Source of the DNA: Eledone cirrhosa
Taxonomy: Eukaryota
Direction: 5' to 3'
Assembly (NCBI GenBank): GCA_964016885.1
Contig: OZ024745.1
Span: 59,334,001 to 59,398,000 of the forward strand
Length of the DNA: 64,000 nucleotides
Shown here: in pieces, positions 49,570 to 63,300 of the stretch
How positions within the stretch are numbered: the stretch's first letter is position 1
Layout of the letters: every line of letters starts with the position of its first letter
Position numbers and translations under genes: made by a program
Notes under the pieces: model-generated
The model's database searches: none
Told to the model about the DNA's origin: nothing
Seen by the model: the letters and a program-made list of their open reading frames with translations, nothing else

Positions 49570-52500
49570 GTGAAAACCTCGACTTGGAGTGAGAACCTCG
49601 ACTTTGAGTGAGAACCTCGCCTTGGAGTGAAAGCCTCGATTTGGAGTGAAAACCTAGACTTGGAGTGAAAACCTAGACTTGGAGTGAAAACCTAGACTTG
49701 GAGTGAAAACCTAGACTTGGAGTGAAAACCTAGACTTGGAGTGAAAACCTCGATTTGGAGTGAGAACCTCGACTTGGAGTGAGAACCTCGACTTGGAGTG
49801 AAAACCTCGACTTGGAGTGAAAACCTCGACTTGGAGTGAGAACCTCGACTTGGAGTGAAAACCTCGACTTGGAGTGAGAACCTCGACTTGGAGTGAAAAC
49901 CTCGACTTGGAGTGAGAACCTCGACTTGGAGTGAAAACCTCGACTTGGAGTGAGAACCTCGACTTGGAGTGAAAACCTCGACTTGGAGTGAAAACCTCGA
50001 CTTGGAGTGAGAACCTCGACTTGGAGTGAGAACCTCGACTTGGAGTGAAAACCTCGACTTGGAGTGAAAACCTCGTCTTGGACTGAGAACCTCGACTTGG
50101 AGTGAGAACCTCGACTTGGAGTGAAAACCTCGACTTGGAGTGAAAACCTCGACTTGGAGTGAAAACCTCGACTTGGAGTGAGAACCTCGACTTGGAGTGA
50201 GAACCTCGACTTGGAGTGAGAACCTCGACTTGGAGTGAGAACCTCGACTTGGAGTGAGAACCTCGACTTGGAGTGAGAACCTCGACTTGGAGTGAAAACC
50301 TCGACTTGGAGTGAGAACCTCGACTTGGGGTGAAAACCTCGACTTGGAGTGAGAACCTCGACTTGGAGTGAAAACCTCGACTTGGGGTGAAAACCTCGAC
50401 TTGGAGTGAGAACCTCGACTTGGAGTGAAAACCTCGACTTGGAGTGAAAACCTCGACTTGGAGTGAGAACCCCGACTTGGAGTGAAAACCTCGACTTGGA
50501 GTGAGAACCTCGACTTGGAGTGAAAACCTCGACTTGGAGTGAGAACCTCGACTTGGAGTGAAAACCTCGACTTGGAGTGAGAACCTCGACTTGGAGTGAA
50601 AACCTCGACTTGGAGTGAGAACCTCGACTTGGAGTGAGAACCTCGACTTGGAGTGAGAACCTCGACTTGGAGTGAGAACCTCGCCTTGGAGTGAGAACCT
50701 CGACTTGGAGTGAAAACTTCGACTTGGAGTGAAAACCTCGACTTGGAGTGAAAACCTCGACTTGGAGTGAAAACCTCGACTTGGAGTGAAAACCTCGACT
50801 TGGAGTGAGAACCTCGACTTGGAGTGAAAACCTCGACTTGGAGTGAGACCCTCGACTTGGAGTGAAAACCTCGACTTGGAGTGAAAACCTCGACTTGGAG
50901 TGAAAACCTCGACTTGGAGTGAGAACCTCGACTTGGAGTGAAAACCTCGACTTGGAGTGAGAACCTCGACTTGGAGTGAAAACCTCGACTTGGAGTGAGA
51001 ACCTCGACTTGCAGTGAAAACCTCGACTTGGAGTGAAAACCTCGACTTGGAGTGAGAACCTCGACTTGGAGTGAAAACCTCGACTTGGAGTGAGAACCTC
51101 GACTTGGAGTGAGAACCTCGACTTGGAGTGAGAACCTCGAGTTGGAGTGAAAACCTCGACTTGGAGTGAAAACCTCGAGTTGGAGTGAAAACCTCGACTT
51201 GGAGTGAAAACCTCGACTTGGAGTGAAAACCTCGACTTGGAGTGAAAACCTCGACTTGGAGTGAGAACCTCGACTTGGAGTGAAAACCTCGACTTGGAGT
51301 GAGAACCTCGACTTGGAGTGAAAACCTCGACTTGGAGTGAGAACCTTGACTTGGAGTGAAAACCTCGACTTGGAGTGAAAACCTCGACTTGGAGTGAGAA
51401 CCTCGACTTGGAGTGAAAACCTCGACTTGGAGTGAAAACCTCGACTTGGAGTGAGAACCTCGACTTGGAGTGAAAACCTCGACTTGGAGTGAAAACCTCG
51501 ACTTGGAGTGAGAACCTCGACTTGGAGTGAAAACCTCGACTTGGAGTGAAAACCTCGACTTGGAGTGAGAACCTCGACTTGGAGTGAGAACCTCGACTTG
51601 GAGTGAGAACCGCGACTTGGAGTGAGAACCGCGACTTAGAGTGAAAACCTCGACTTGGAGTGAGAACCTCGACTTGGAGTGAGAACCTCGACTTGGAGTG
51701 AGAACCTCGACTTGGAGTGAGAACCTCGACTTGGAGTGAGAACCTCGACTTGGAGTGAAAACCTCGACTTGGAGTGAGAACCTCGACTTGGAGTGAGAAC
51801 CTCGACTTGGAGTGAGAACCTCGACTTGGAGTGAGAACCTCGACTTGGAGTGAAAACCTCGACTTGGAGTGAAAACCTCGACTTGGAGTGAGAACCTCGA
51901 CTTGGAGTGATAACCTCGACTTGGAGTGAGAACCTCGACTTGGAGTGAGAACCTCGACTTGGAGTGAGAACCTCGACTTGGAGTGAAAACCTCGACTTGG
52001 AGTGAAAACCTCGACTTGGAGTGAAAACCTCGACTTGGAGTGAGAACCTCGACTTGGAGTGAGAACCTCGACTTGGAGTGAGAACCTCGACTTGGAGTGA
52101 GAACCTCGACTTGGAGTGAAAACCTCGACTTGGAGTGAGAACCTCGACTTGGAGTGAGAACCTCGACTTGCAGTGAGAACCTCGACTTGCAGTGAGAACC
52201 TCGACTTGGAATGAAAACCTCGACTTGGAGTGAAAACCTCGACTTGGAGTGAAAACCTCGACTTGGAGTGAAAACCTCGACTTGGAGTGAGAACCTCGAC
52301 TTGGAGTGAAAACCTCGACTTGGAGTGAGAACCTCGACTTGGAGTGAGAACCTCGACTTGGAGTGAGAACCTCGACTTGGAGTGAGAACCTTGACTTGGA
52401 GTGAAAACCTCGACTTGGAGTGAAAACCTCGACTTGGAGTGAGAACCTCGACTTTGAGTGATAACCTCGACTTGGAGTGAGAACCTCGACTTGGAGTGAG

Positions 52501-55500
52501 AACCTCGACTTGGAGTGAGAACCTCGACTTGGAGTGAAAACCTCGACTTGGAGTGAAAACCTCGACTTGGAGTGAGAACCTCGACTTGGAGTGAGAACCT
52601 CGACTTGGAGTGAGAACCTCGACTTGGAGTGAGAACCTCGACTTGGAGTGAGAACCTCGACTTGGAGTGAAAACCTCGACTTGGAGTGAGAACCTCGACT
52701 TGGAGTGAGAACCTCGACTTGAAGTGAGAACCTCGACTTGCAGTGAGAACCTCGACTTGGAGTGAAAACCTCGACTTGGAGTGAAAACCTCGACTTGGAG
52801 TGAGAACCTCGACTTGGAGTGAAAACCTCGACTTGGAGTGAGAACCTCGACTTGGAGTGAAAACCTCGACTTGGAGTGAGAACCTCGACTTGGAGTGAAA
52901 ACCTCGACTTGGAGTGAGAACCTCGACTTGGAGTGAAAACCTCGACTTGGAGTGAAAACCTCGACTTGGAGTGAGAACCTCGACTTGGAGTGAGAACCTC
53001 GACTTGGAGTGAAAACCTCGACTTGGAGTGAAAACCTCGACTTGGAGTGAGAACCTCGACTTTGAGTGAGAACCTCGCCTTGGAGTGAAAGCCTCGATTT
53101 GGAGTGAAAACCTCGACTTGGAGTGAAAACCTCGACTTGGAGTGAAAACCTAGACTTGGAGTGAAAACCTAGACTTGGAGTGAAAACCTCGACTTGGAGT
53201 GAAAACCTCGACTAGGAGTGAAAACCTCGACTTGGAGTGAGAACCTCGACTTGGAGTGAAAACCTCGATTTGGAGTGAAAACCTCGACTTGGAGTGAAAA
53301 CCTCGACTTGGAGTGAGAACCTCGACTTGGAGTGAGAACCTCGACTTGGAGTGAAAACCTCGACATGGAGTGAAAACCTCGACTTGGAGTGAAAACCTCG
53401 ACTTGGAGTGAAAACCTCGACATGGAGTGAGAACCCCGACTTGGAGTGAAAACCTCGACTTGGAGTGAGAACCCCGACTTGGAGTGAAAACCTCGACTTG
53501 GAGTGAGAACCTCGACTTGGAGTGAAAACCTCGACTTGGAGTGAGAACCTCGACTTGGAGTGAAAACCTCGACTTGGAGTGAAAACCTCGACTTGGAGTG
53601 AGAACCTCGACTTGGAGTGAGAACCTCGACTTGGAGTGAGAACCTCGACTTGGAGTGAGAACCTCGACTTGGAGTGAGAACCTCGACTTGGAGTGAAAAC
53701 CTCGACTTGGAGTGAGAACCTCGACTTGCAGTGAGAACCTCGACTTGCAGTGAGAACCTCGACTTGCAGTGAGAACCTCGACTTGGAGTGAAAACCTCGA
53801 CTTGGAGTGAAAACCTCGACTTGGAGTGAAAACCTCGACTTGGAGTGAAAACCTCGACTTGGAGTGAAAACCTCGACTTGGAGTGAAAACCTCGACTTGG
53901 AGTGAAAACCTAGACTTGGAGTGAAAACCTAGACTTGGAGTGAAAACCTCGATTTGGAGTGAAAACCTCGATTTGGAGTGAAAACCTCGATTTGGAGTGA
54001 AAACCTCGATTTGGAGTGAAAACCTCGACTTGGAGTGAAAACCTCGACTTGGAGTGAGAACCTCGACTTGGAGTGAGAACCTCGAGTTGGAGTGAAAACC
54101 TCGACTTGGAGTGAGAACCTCGACTTGGAGTGAAAACCTCGACTTGGAGTGAAAACCTCGACTTGGAGTGAGAACCTCGACTTGGAGTGAGAACCTCGAC
54201 TTGGAGTGAGAACCGCGACTTGGAGTGAGAACCGCGACTTAGAGTGAAAACCTCGACTTGGAGTGAGAACCTCGACTTGGAGTGAGAACCTCGACTTGGA
54301 GTGAGAACCTCGACTTGGAGTGAGAACCTCGACTTGGAGTGAGAACCTCGACTTGGAGTGAAAACCTCGACTTGGAGTGAGAACCTCGACTTGGAGTGAG
54401 AACCTCGACTTGGAGTGAGAACCTCGACTTGGAGTGAAAACCTCGACTTGGAGTGAGAACCTCGACTTGGAGTGAGAACCTCGACTTGGAGTGATAACCT
54501 CGACTTGGAGTGAGAACCTCGACTTGGAGTGAGAACCTCGACTTGGAGTGAGAACCTCGACTTAGAGTGAAAACCTCGACTTGGAGTGAAAACCTCGACT
54601 TAGAGTGAAAACCTCGACTTGGAGTGAAAACCTCGACTAGGAGTGAAAACCTCGACTTGGAGTGAGAACCTCGACTTGGAGTGAAAACCTCGACTAGGAG
54701 TGAAAACCTCGACTTGGAGTGAAAACCTCGACTTGGAGTGAAAACCTCGACTTGGAGTGAGAACCTCGACTTGGAGTGAAAACCTCGACTTGGAGTGACA
54801 ACCTCGCCTTGGAGTGAAAACCTCGACTTTGAGTGAGAACCTCGCCTTGGAGTGAAAACCTCGACTTTGAGTGAGAACCTCGCCTTGGAGTGAAAACCTC
54901 GACTTTGAGTGAGAACCTCGCCTTGGAGTGAAAACCTCGACTTGGAGTGAGAACCTCGACTTGGAGTGAAAACCTCGACTTGGAGTGAAAACCTCGACTT
55001 GGAGTGAAAACCTCGACTTGGAGTGAAAACCTCGACTTGGAGTGAAAACCTCGATTTGGAGTGAAAACCTCGACTTGGAGTGAAAACCTCGACTTGGAGT
55101 GAAAACCTCGATTTGGAGTGAAAACCTAGACTTGGAGTGAAAACCTCGATTTGGAGTGAAAACCTCGAGTTGCAGTGAGAACCTCGACTTGGAGTGAGAA
55201 CCTCGACTTGGAGTGAGAACCTCGACTTGGAGTGAAAACCTCGACTTGGAGTGAAAACCTCGACTTGGAGTGAAAACCTCGACTTGGAGTGAAAACCTCG
55301 ACTTGGAGTGAGAACCTCGACTTGGAGTGAGAACCTCGACTTGGAGTGAGAACCTCGACTTGGAGTGAGAACCTCGACTTGGAGTGAGAACCTCGACTTG
55401 GAGTGAAAACCTCGACTTGGAGTGAAAACCTCGATTTGGAGTGAAAACCTCGACTTGGAGTGAAAACCTCGACTTGGAGTGAAAACCTCGACTTGGAGTG

Positions 55501-57321
55501 AAAACCTCGATTTGGAGTGAAAACCTAGACTTGGAGTGAAAACCTCGATTTGGAGTGAGAACCTCGACTTGGAGTGAGAACCTCGACTTGGAGTGAGAAC
55601 CTCGACTTGGAGTGAGAACCTCGACTTGGAGTGAAAACCTCGACTTGGAGTGAAAACCTCGACTTGGAGTGAAAACCTCGACTTGGAGTGAAAACCTCGA
55701 CTTGGAGTGAGAACCTCGACTTGGAGTGAGAACCTCGACTTGGAGTGAGAACCTCGACTTGGAGTGAGAACCTCGACTTGGAGTGAAAACCTCGACTTGG
55801 AGTGAAAACCTCGACTTGGAGTGAAAACCTCGACTTGGAGTGAAAACCTCGACTTGGAGTGAGAACCTCGACTTGGAGTGAGAACCTCGACTTGGAGTGA
55901 GAACCTCGACTTGGAGTGAAAACCTCGACTTGGAGTGAAAACCTCGACTTGGAGTGAAAACCTCGACTTGGAGTGAGAACCTCGACTTGGAGTGAGAACC
56001 TCGACTTGGAGTGAAAACCTCGACTTGGAGTGAGAACCTCGACTTGGAGTGAAAACCTCGACTTGGAGTGAAAACCTCGACTTGGAGTGAGAACCTCGAC
56101 TTGGAGTGAAAACCTCGACTTGGAGTGAAAACCTCGACTTGGAGTGAAAACCTCGACTTGGAGTGAGAACCTCGACTTGGAGTGAAAACCTCGACTTGGA
56201 GTGAGAACCTCGACTTGGAGTGAAAACCTCGACTTGGAGTGAGAACCTCGACTTGGAGTGAAAACCTCGACTTGGAGTGAGAACCTCGACTTGGAGTGAG
56301 AACCTCGACTTGGAGTGAGAACCTCGACTTGGAGTGAAAACCTCGACTTGGAGTGAAAACCTCGACTTGGAGTGAAAACCTCGACTTGGAGTGAGAACCT
56401 CGACTTGGAGTGAGAACCTCGACTTGGAGTGAGAACCTCGACTTGGAGTGAGAACCTCGACTTGGAGTGAGAACCTCGACTTGGAGTGAAAACCTCGACT
56501 TGGAGTGAAAACCTCGATTTGGAGTGAAAACCTCGACTTGGAGTGAAAACCTCGACTTGGAGTGAAAACCTCGACTTGGAGTGAAAACCTCGATTTGGAG
56601 TGAAAACCTAGACTTGGAGTGAAAACCTCGATTTGGAGTGAGAACCTCGACTTGGAGTGAGAACCTCGACTTGGAGTGAGAACCTCGACTTGGAGTGAGA
56701 ACCTCGACTTGGAGTGAAAACCTCGACTTGGAGTGAAAACCTCGACTTGGAGTGAAAACCTCGACTTGGAGTGAAAACCTCGACTTGGAGTGAGAACCTC
56801 GACTTGGAGTGAGAACCTCGACTTGGAGTGAGAACCTCGACTTGGAGTGAAAACCTCGACTTGGAGTGAAAACCTCGACTTGGAGTGAAAACCTCGACTT
56901 GGAGTGAGAACCTCGACTTGGAGTGAGAACCTCGACTTGGAGTGAAAACCTCGACTTGGAGTGAGAACCTCGACTTGGAGTGAAAACCTCGACTTGGAGT
57001 GAAAACCTCGACTTGGAGTGAGAACCTCGACTTGGAGTGAAAACCTCGACTTGGAGTGAAAACCTCGACTTGGAGTGAAAACCTCGACTTGGAGTGAGAA
57101 CCTCGACTTGGAGTGAAAACCTCGACTTGGAGTGAGAACCTCGACTTGGAGTGAAAACCTCGACTTGGAGTGAGAACCTCGACTTGGAGTGAAAACCTCG
57201 ACTTGGAGTGAGAACCTCGACTTGGAGTGAAAACCTCGACTTGGAGTGAAAACCTCGACTTGGAGTGAGAACCTCGACTTGGAGTGAGAACCTCGACTTG
57301 GAGTGAGAACCTCGACTTGGA

Positions 57322-57341
57322 GTGAAAAACCTCGACTTGGA
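57322..57341. other. 20-bp monomer (1-bp A insertion), duplicate of the one at 49550
   Basis: Seen directly, with the same flanking variant context (ACTTTGA, CTCGCC, GAAAGCC, five CCTAGA monomers) at +7772. Confidence 0.9.
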
Positions 57342-57359
57342 GTGAAAACCTCGACTTGG

Positions 57360-60300
57360 AGTGAGAACCTCGACTTTGAGTGAGAACCTCGCCTTGGAGT
57401 GAAAGCCTCGATTTGGAGTGAAAACCTAGACTTGGAGTGAAAACCTAGACTTGGAGTGAAAACCTAGACTTGGAGTGAAAACCTAGACTTGGAGTGAAAA
57501 CCTAGACTTGGAGTGAAAACCTCGATTTGGAGTGAGAACCTCGACTTGGAGTGAGAACCTCGACTTGGAGTGAAAACCTCGACTTGGAGTGAAAACCTCG
57601 ACTTGGAGTGAGAACCTCGACTTGGAGTGAAAACCTCGACTTGGAGTGAGAACCTCGACTTGGAGTGAAAACCTCGACTTGGAGTGAGAACCTCGACTTG
57701 GAGTGAAAACCTCGACTTGGAGTGAGAACCTCGACTTGGAGTGAAAACCTCGACTTGGAGTGAAAACCTCGACTTGGAGTGAGAACCTCGACTTGGAGTG
57801 AGAACCTCGACTTGGAGTGAAAACCTCGACTTGGAGTGAAAACCTCGTCTTGGACTGAGAACCTCGACTTGGAGTGAGAACCTCGACTTGGAGTGAAAAC
57901 CTCGACTTGGAGTGAAAACCTCGACTTGGAGTGAAAACCTCGACTTGGAGTGAGAACCTCGACTTGGAGTGAGAACCTCGACTTGGAGTGAGAACCTCGA
58001 CTTGGAGTGAGAACCTCGACTTGGAGTGAGAACCTCGACTTGGAGTGAGAACCTCGACTTGGAGTGAAAACCTCGACTTGGAGTGAGAACCTCGACTTGG
58101 GGTGAAAACCTCGACTTGGAGTGAGAACCTCGACTTGGAGTGAAAACCTCGACTTGGGGTGAAAACCTCGACTTGGAGTGAGAACCTCGACTTGGAGTGA
58201 AAACCTCGACTTGGAGTGAAAACCTCGACTTGGAGTGAGAACCCCGACTTGGAGTGAAAACCTCGACTTGGAGTGAGAACCTCGACTTGGAGTGAAAACC
58301 TCGACTTGGAGTGAGAACCTCGACTTGGAGTGAAAACCTCGACTTGGAGTGAGACCCTCGACTTGGAGTGAAAACCTCGACTTGGAGTGAAAACCTCGAC
58401 TTGGAGTGAAAACCTCGACTTGGAGTGAAAACCTCGACTTGGAGTGAGAACCTCGACTTGGAGTGAAAACCTCGACTTGGAGTGAGAACCTCGACTTGGA
58501 GTGAAAACCTCGACTTGGAGTGAGAACCTCGACTTGGAGTGAAAACCTCGACTTGGAGTGAGAACCTCGACTTGGAGTGAGAACCTCGACTTGGAGTGAG
58601 AACCTCGACTTGGAGTGAGAACCTCGCCTTGGAGTGAGAACCTCGACTTGGAGTGAAAACTTCGACTTGGAGTGAAAACCTCGACTTGGAGTGAAAACCT
58701 CGACTTGGAGTGAAAACCTCGACTTGGAGTGAAAACCTCGACTTGGAGTGAGAACCTCGACTTGGAGTGAAAACCTCGACTTGGAGTGAGACCCTCGACT
58801 TGGAGTGAAAACCTCGACTTGGAGTGAAAACCTCGACTTGGAGTGAAAACCTCGATTTGGAGTGAGAACCTCGACTTGGAGTGAAAACCTCGACTTGGAG
58901 TGAGAACCTCGACTTGGAGTGAAAACCTCGACTTGGAGTGAGAACCTCGACTTGGAGTGAAAACCTCGACTTGGAGTGAAAACCTCGACTTGGAGTGAGA
59001 ACCTCGACTTGGAGTGAAAACCTCGACTTGGAGTGAGAACCTCGACTTGGAGTGAGAACCTCGACTTGGAGTGAAAACCTCGACTTGGAGTGAAAACCTC
59101 GAGTTGGAGTGAAAACCTCGACTTGGAGTGAAAACCTCGACTTGGAGTGAAAACCTCGACTTGGAGTGAAAACCTCGACTTGGAGTGAGAACCTCGACTT
59201 GGAGTGAAAACCTCGACTTGGAGTGAGAACCTCGACTTGGAGTGAAAACCTCGACTTGGAGTGAGAACCTTGACTTGGAGTGAAAACCTCGACTTGGAGT
59301 GAAAACCTCGACTTGGAGTGAGAACCTCGACTTGGAGTGAAAACCTCGACTTGGAGTGAAAACCTCGACTTGGAGTGAGAACCTCGACTTGGAGTGAAAA
59401 CCTCGACTTGGAGTGAAAACCTCGACTTGGAGTGAGAACCTCGACTTGGAGTGAAAACCTCGACTTGGAGTGAAAACCTCGACTTGGAGTGAGAACCTCG
59501 ACTTGGAGTGAGAACCTCGACTTGGAGTGAGAACCGCGACTTGGAGTGAGAACCGCGACTTAGAGTGAAAACCTCGACTTGGAGTGAGAACCTCGACTTG
59601 GAGTGAGAACCTCGACTTGGAGTGAGAACCTCGACTTGGAGTGAGAACCTCGACTTGGAGTGAGAACCTCGACTTGGAGTGAAAACCTCGACTTGGAGTG
59701 AGAACCTCGACTTGGAGTGAGAACCTCGACTTGGAGTGAGAACCTCGACTTGGAGTGAGAATCTCGACTTGGAGTGAAAACCTCGACTTGGAGTGAAAAC
59801 CTCGACTTGGAGTGAGAACCTCGACTTGGAGTGATAACCTCGACTTGGAGTGAGAACCTCGACTTGGAGTGAGAACCTCGACTTGGAGTGAGAACCTCGA
59901 CTTGGAGTGAAAACCTCGACTTGGAGTGAAAACCTCGACTTGGAGTGAAAACCTCGACTTGGAGTGAGAACCTCGACTTGGAGTGAGAACCTCGACTTGG
60001 AGTGAGAACCTCGACTTGGAGTGAGAACCTCGACTTGGAGTGAGAACCTCGACTTGGAGTGAAAACCTCGACTTGGAGTGAGAACCTCGACTTGGAGTGA
60101 GAACCTCGACTTGCAGTGAGAACCTCGACTTGCAGTGAGAACCTCGACTTGGAATGAAAACCTCGACTTGGAGTGAAAACCTCGACTTGGAGTGAAAACC
60201 TCGACTTGGAGTGAAAACCTCGACTTGGAGTGAGAACCTCGACTTGGAGTGAAAACCTCGACTTGGAGTGAGAACCTCGACTTGGAGTGAGAACCTCGAC

Positions 60301-63300
60301 TTGGAGTGAGAACCTCGACTTGGAGTGAGAACCTCGACTTGGAGTGAAAACCTCGACTTGGAGTGAAAACCTCGACTTGGAGTGAGAACCTCGACTTTGA
60401 GTGATAACCTCGACTTGGAGTGAGAACCTCGACTTGGAGTGAGAACCTCGACTTGGAGTGAGAACCTCGACTTGGAGTGAAAACCTCGACTTGGAGTGAA
60501 AACCTCGACTTGGAGTGAGAACCTCGACTTGGAGTGAGAACCTCGACTTGGAGTGAGAACCTCGACTTGGAGTGAGAACCTCGACTTGGAGTGAGAACCT
60601 CGACTTGGAGTGAAAACCTCGACTTGGAGTGAGAACCTCGACTTGGAGTGAGAACCTCGACTTGAAGTGAGAACCTCGACTTGCAGTGAGAACCTCGACT
60701 TGGAGTGAAAACCTCGACTTGGAGTGAAAACCTCGACTTGGAGTGAGAACCTCGACTTGGAGTGAAAACCTCGACTTGGAGTGAGAACCTCGACTTGGAG
60801 TGAAAACCTCGACTTGGAGTGAGAACCTCGACTTGGAGTGAAAACCTCGACTTGGAGTGAGAACCTCGACTTGGAGTGAAAACCTCGACTTGGAGTGAAA
60901 ACCTCGACTTGGAGTGAGAACCTCGACTTGGAGTGAGAACCTCGACTTGGAGTGAAAACCTCGACTTGGAGTGAAAACCTCGACTTGGAGTGAGAACCTC
61001 GACTTTGAGTGAGAACCTCGCCTTGGAGTGAAAGCCTCGATTTGGAGTGAAAACCTAGACTTGGAGTGAAAACCTAGACTTGGAGTGAAAACCTAGACTT
61101 GGAGTGAAAACCTAGACTTGGAGTGAAAACCTAGACTTGGAGTGAAAACCTCGATTTGGAGTGAGAACCTCGACTTGGAGTGAGAACCTCGACTTGGAGT
61201 GAAAACCTCGACTTGGAGTGAAAACCTCGACTTGGAGTGAGAACCTCGACTTGGAGTGAAAACCTCGACTTGGAGTGAGAACCTCGACTTGGAGTGAAAA
61301 CCTCGACTTGGAGTGAGAACCTCGACTTGGAGTGAAAACCTCGACTTGGAGTGAGAACCTCGACTTGGAGTGAAAACCTCGACTTGGAGTGAAAACCTCG
61401 ACTTGGAGTGAGAACCTCGACTTGGAGTGAGAACCTCGACTTGGAGTGAAAACCTCGACTTGGAGTGAAAACCTCGTCTTGGACTGAGAACCTCGACTTG
61501 GAGTGAGAACCTCGACTTGGAGTGAAAACCTCGACTTGGAGTGAAAACCTCGACTTGGAGTGAGAACCTCGACTTGGAGTGAGAACCTCGACTTGGAGTG
61601 AGAACCTCGACTTGGAGTGAGAACCTCGACTTGGAGTGAGAACCTCGACTTGGAGTGAGAACCTCGACTTGGAGTGAAAACCTCGACTTGGAGTGAGAAC
61701 CTCGACTTGGGGTGAAAACCTCGACTTGGAGTGAGAACCTCGACTTGGAGTGAAAACCTCGACTTGGGGTGAAAACCTCGACTTGGAGTGAGAACCTCGA
61801 CTTGGAGTGAAAACCTCGACTTGGAGTGAAAACCTCGACTTGGAGTGAGAACCCCGACTTGGAGTGAAAACCTCGACTTGGAATGAGAACCTCGACTTGG
61901 AGTGAAAACCTCGACTTGGAGTGAGAACCTCGACTTGGAGTGAAAACCTCGACTTGGAGTGAGACCCTCGACTTGGAGTGAAAACCTCGACTTGGAGTGA
62001 AAACCTCGACTTGGAGTGAAAACCTCGACTTGGAGTGAAAACCTCGACTTGGAGTGAGAACCTCGACTTGGAGTGAAAACCTCGACTTGGAGTGAGAACA
62101 TCGACTTGGAGTGAAAACCTCGACTTGGAGTGAGAACCTCGACTTGGAGTGAAAACCTCGACTTGGAGTGAGAACCTCGACTTGGAGTGAGAACCTCGAC
62201 TTGGAGTGAGAACCTCGACTTGGAGTGAGAACCTCGACTTGGAGTGAGAACCTCGCCTTGGAGTGAGAACCTCGACTTGGAGTGAAAACTTCGACTTGGA
62301 GTGAAAACTTCGACTTGGAGTGAGACCCTCGACTTGGAGTGAAAACCTCGACTTGGAGTGAAAACCTCGACTTGGAGTGAAAACCTCGACTTGGAGTGAG
62401 AACCTCGACTTGGAGTGAAAACCTCGACTTGGAGTGAGAACCTCGACTTGGAGTGAAAACCTCGACTTGGAGTGAGAACCTCGACTTGGAGTGAAAACCT
62501 CGACTTGGAGTGAAAACCTCGACTTGGAGTGAGAACCTCGACTTGGAGTGAAAACCTCGACTTGGAGTGAGAACCTCGACTTGGAGTGAGAACCTCGACT
62601 TGGAGTGAGAACCTCGAGTTGGAGTGAAAACCTCGAGTTGGAGTGAAAACCTCGACTTGGAGTGAAAACCTCGACTTGGAGTGAAAACCTCGACTTGGAG
62701 TGAAAACCTCGACTTGGAGTGAGAACCTCGACTTGGAGTGAAAACCTCGACTTGGAGTGAGAACCTCGACTTGGAGTGAAAACCTCGACTTGGAGTGAGA
62801 ACCTTGACTTGGAGTGAAAACCTCGACTTGGAGTGAAAACCTCGACTTGGAGTGAGAACCTCGACTTGGAGTGAAAACCTCGACTTGGAGTGAAAACCTC
62901 GACTTGGAGTGAGAACCTCGACTTGGAGTGAGAACCTCGACTTGGAGTGAGAACCGCGACTTGGAGTGAGAACCGCGACTTAGAGTGAAAACCTCGACTT
63001 GGAGTGAGAACCTCGACTTGGAGTGAGAACCTCGACTTGGAGTGAGAACCTCGACTTGGAGTGAGAACCTCGACTTGGAGTGAGAACCTCGACTTGGAGT
63101 GAAAACCTCGACTTGGAGTGAGAACCTCGACTTGGAGTGAGAACCTCGACTTGGAGTGAGAACCTCGACTTGGAGTGAGAACCTCGACTTGGAGTGAAAA
63201 CCTCGACTTGGAGTGAAAACCTCGACTTGGAGTGAGAACCTCGACTTGGAGTGAGAACCTCGACTTGGAGTGAGAACCTCGACTTGGAGTGAGAACCTCG

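Larger units (their letters stand above)
46490..61100. repeat. Large tandem duplication, about 46.5-53.2 kb repeated at about 53.2-61.1 kb (offsets 6689-7924 bp)
   Basis: Marker pairs: ORF starts 46715/53423 (6708), GTGATAAC 47802/54491 (6689), 20-bp monomer 49550/57322 (7772), CTCGTCTTGGACT 50064/57836 (7772), CCGCG pair 51603/59527 (7924). Each offset equals 19n+1. Confidence 0.88.

Noticed and set aside
515-62101. Long minus-strand ORFs (up to 3,567 aa) as protein-coding genes
   Set aside because: They overlap in all three frames, encode the same repeat, start at chance CAT variants and end at chance stop variants, and have no unique N- or C-terminal domain or flanking gene signals. Openness follows from the stop-free monomer.
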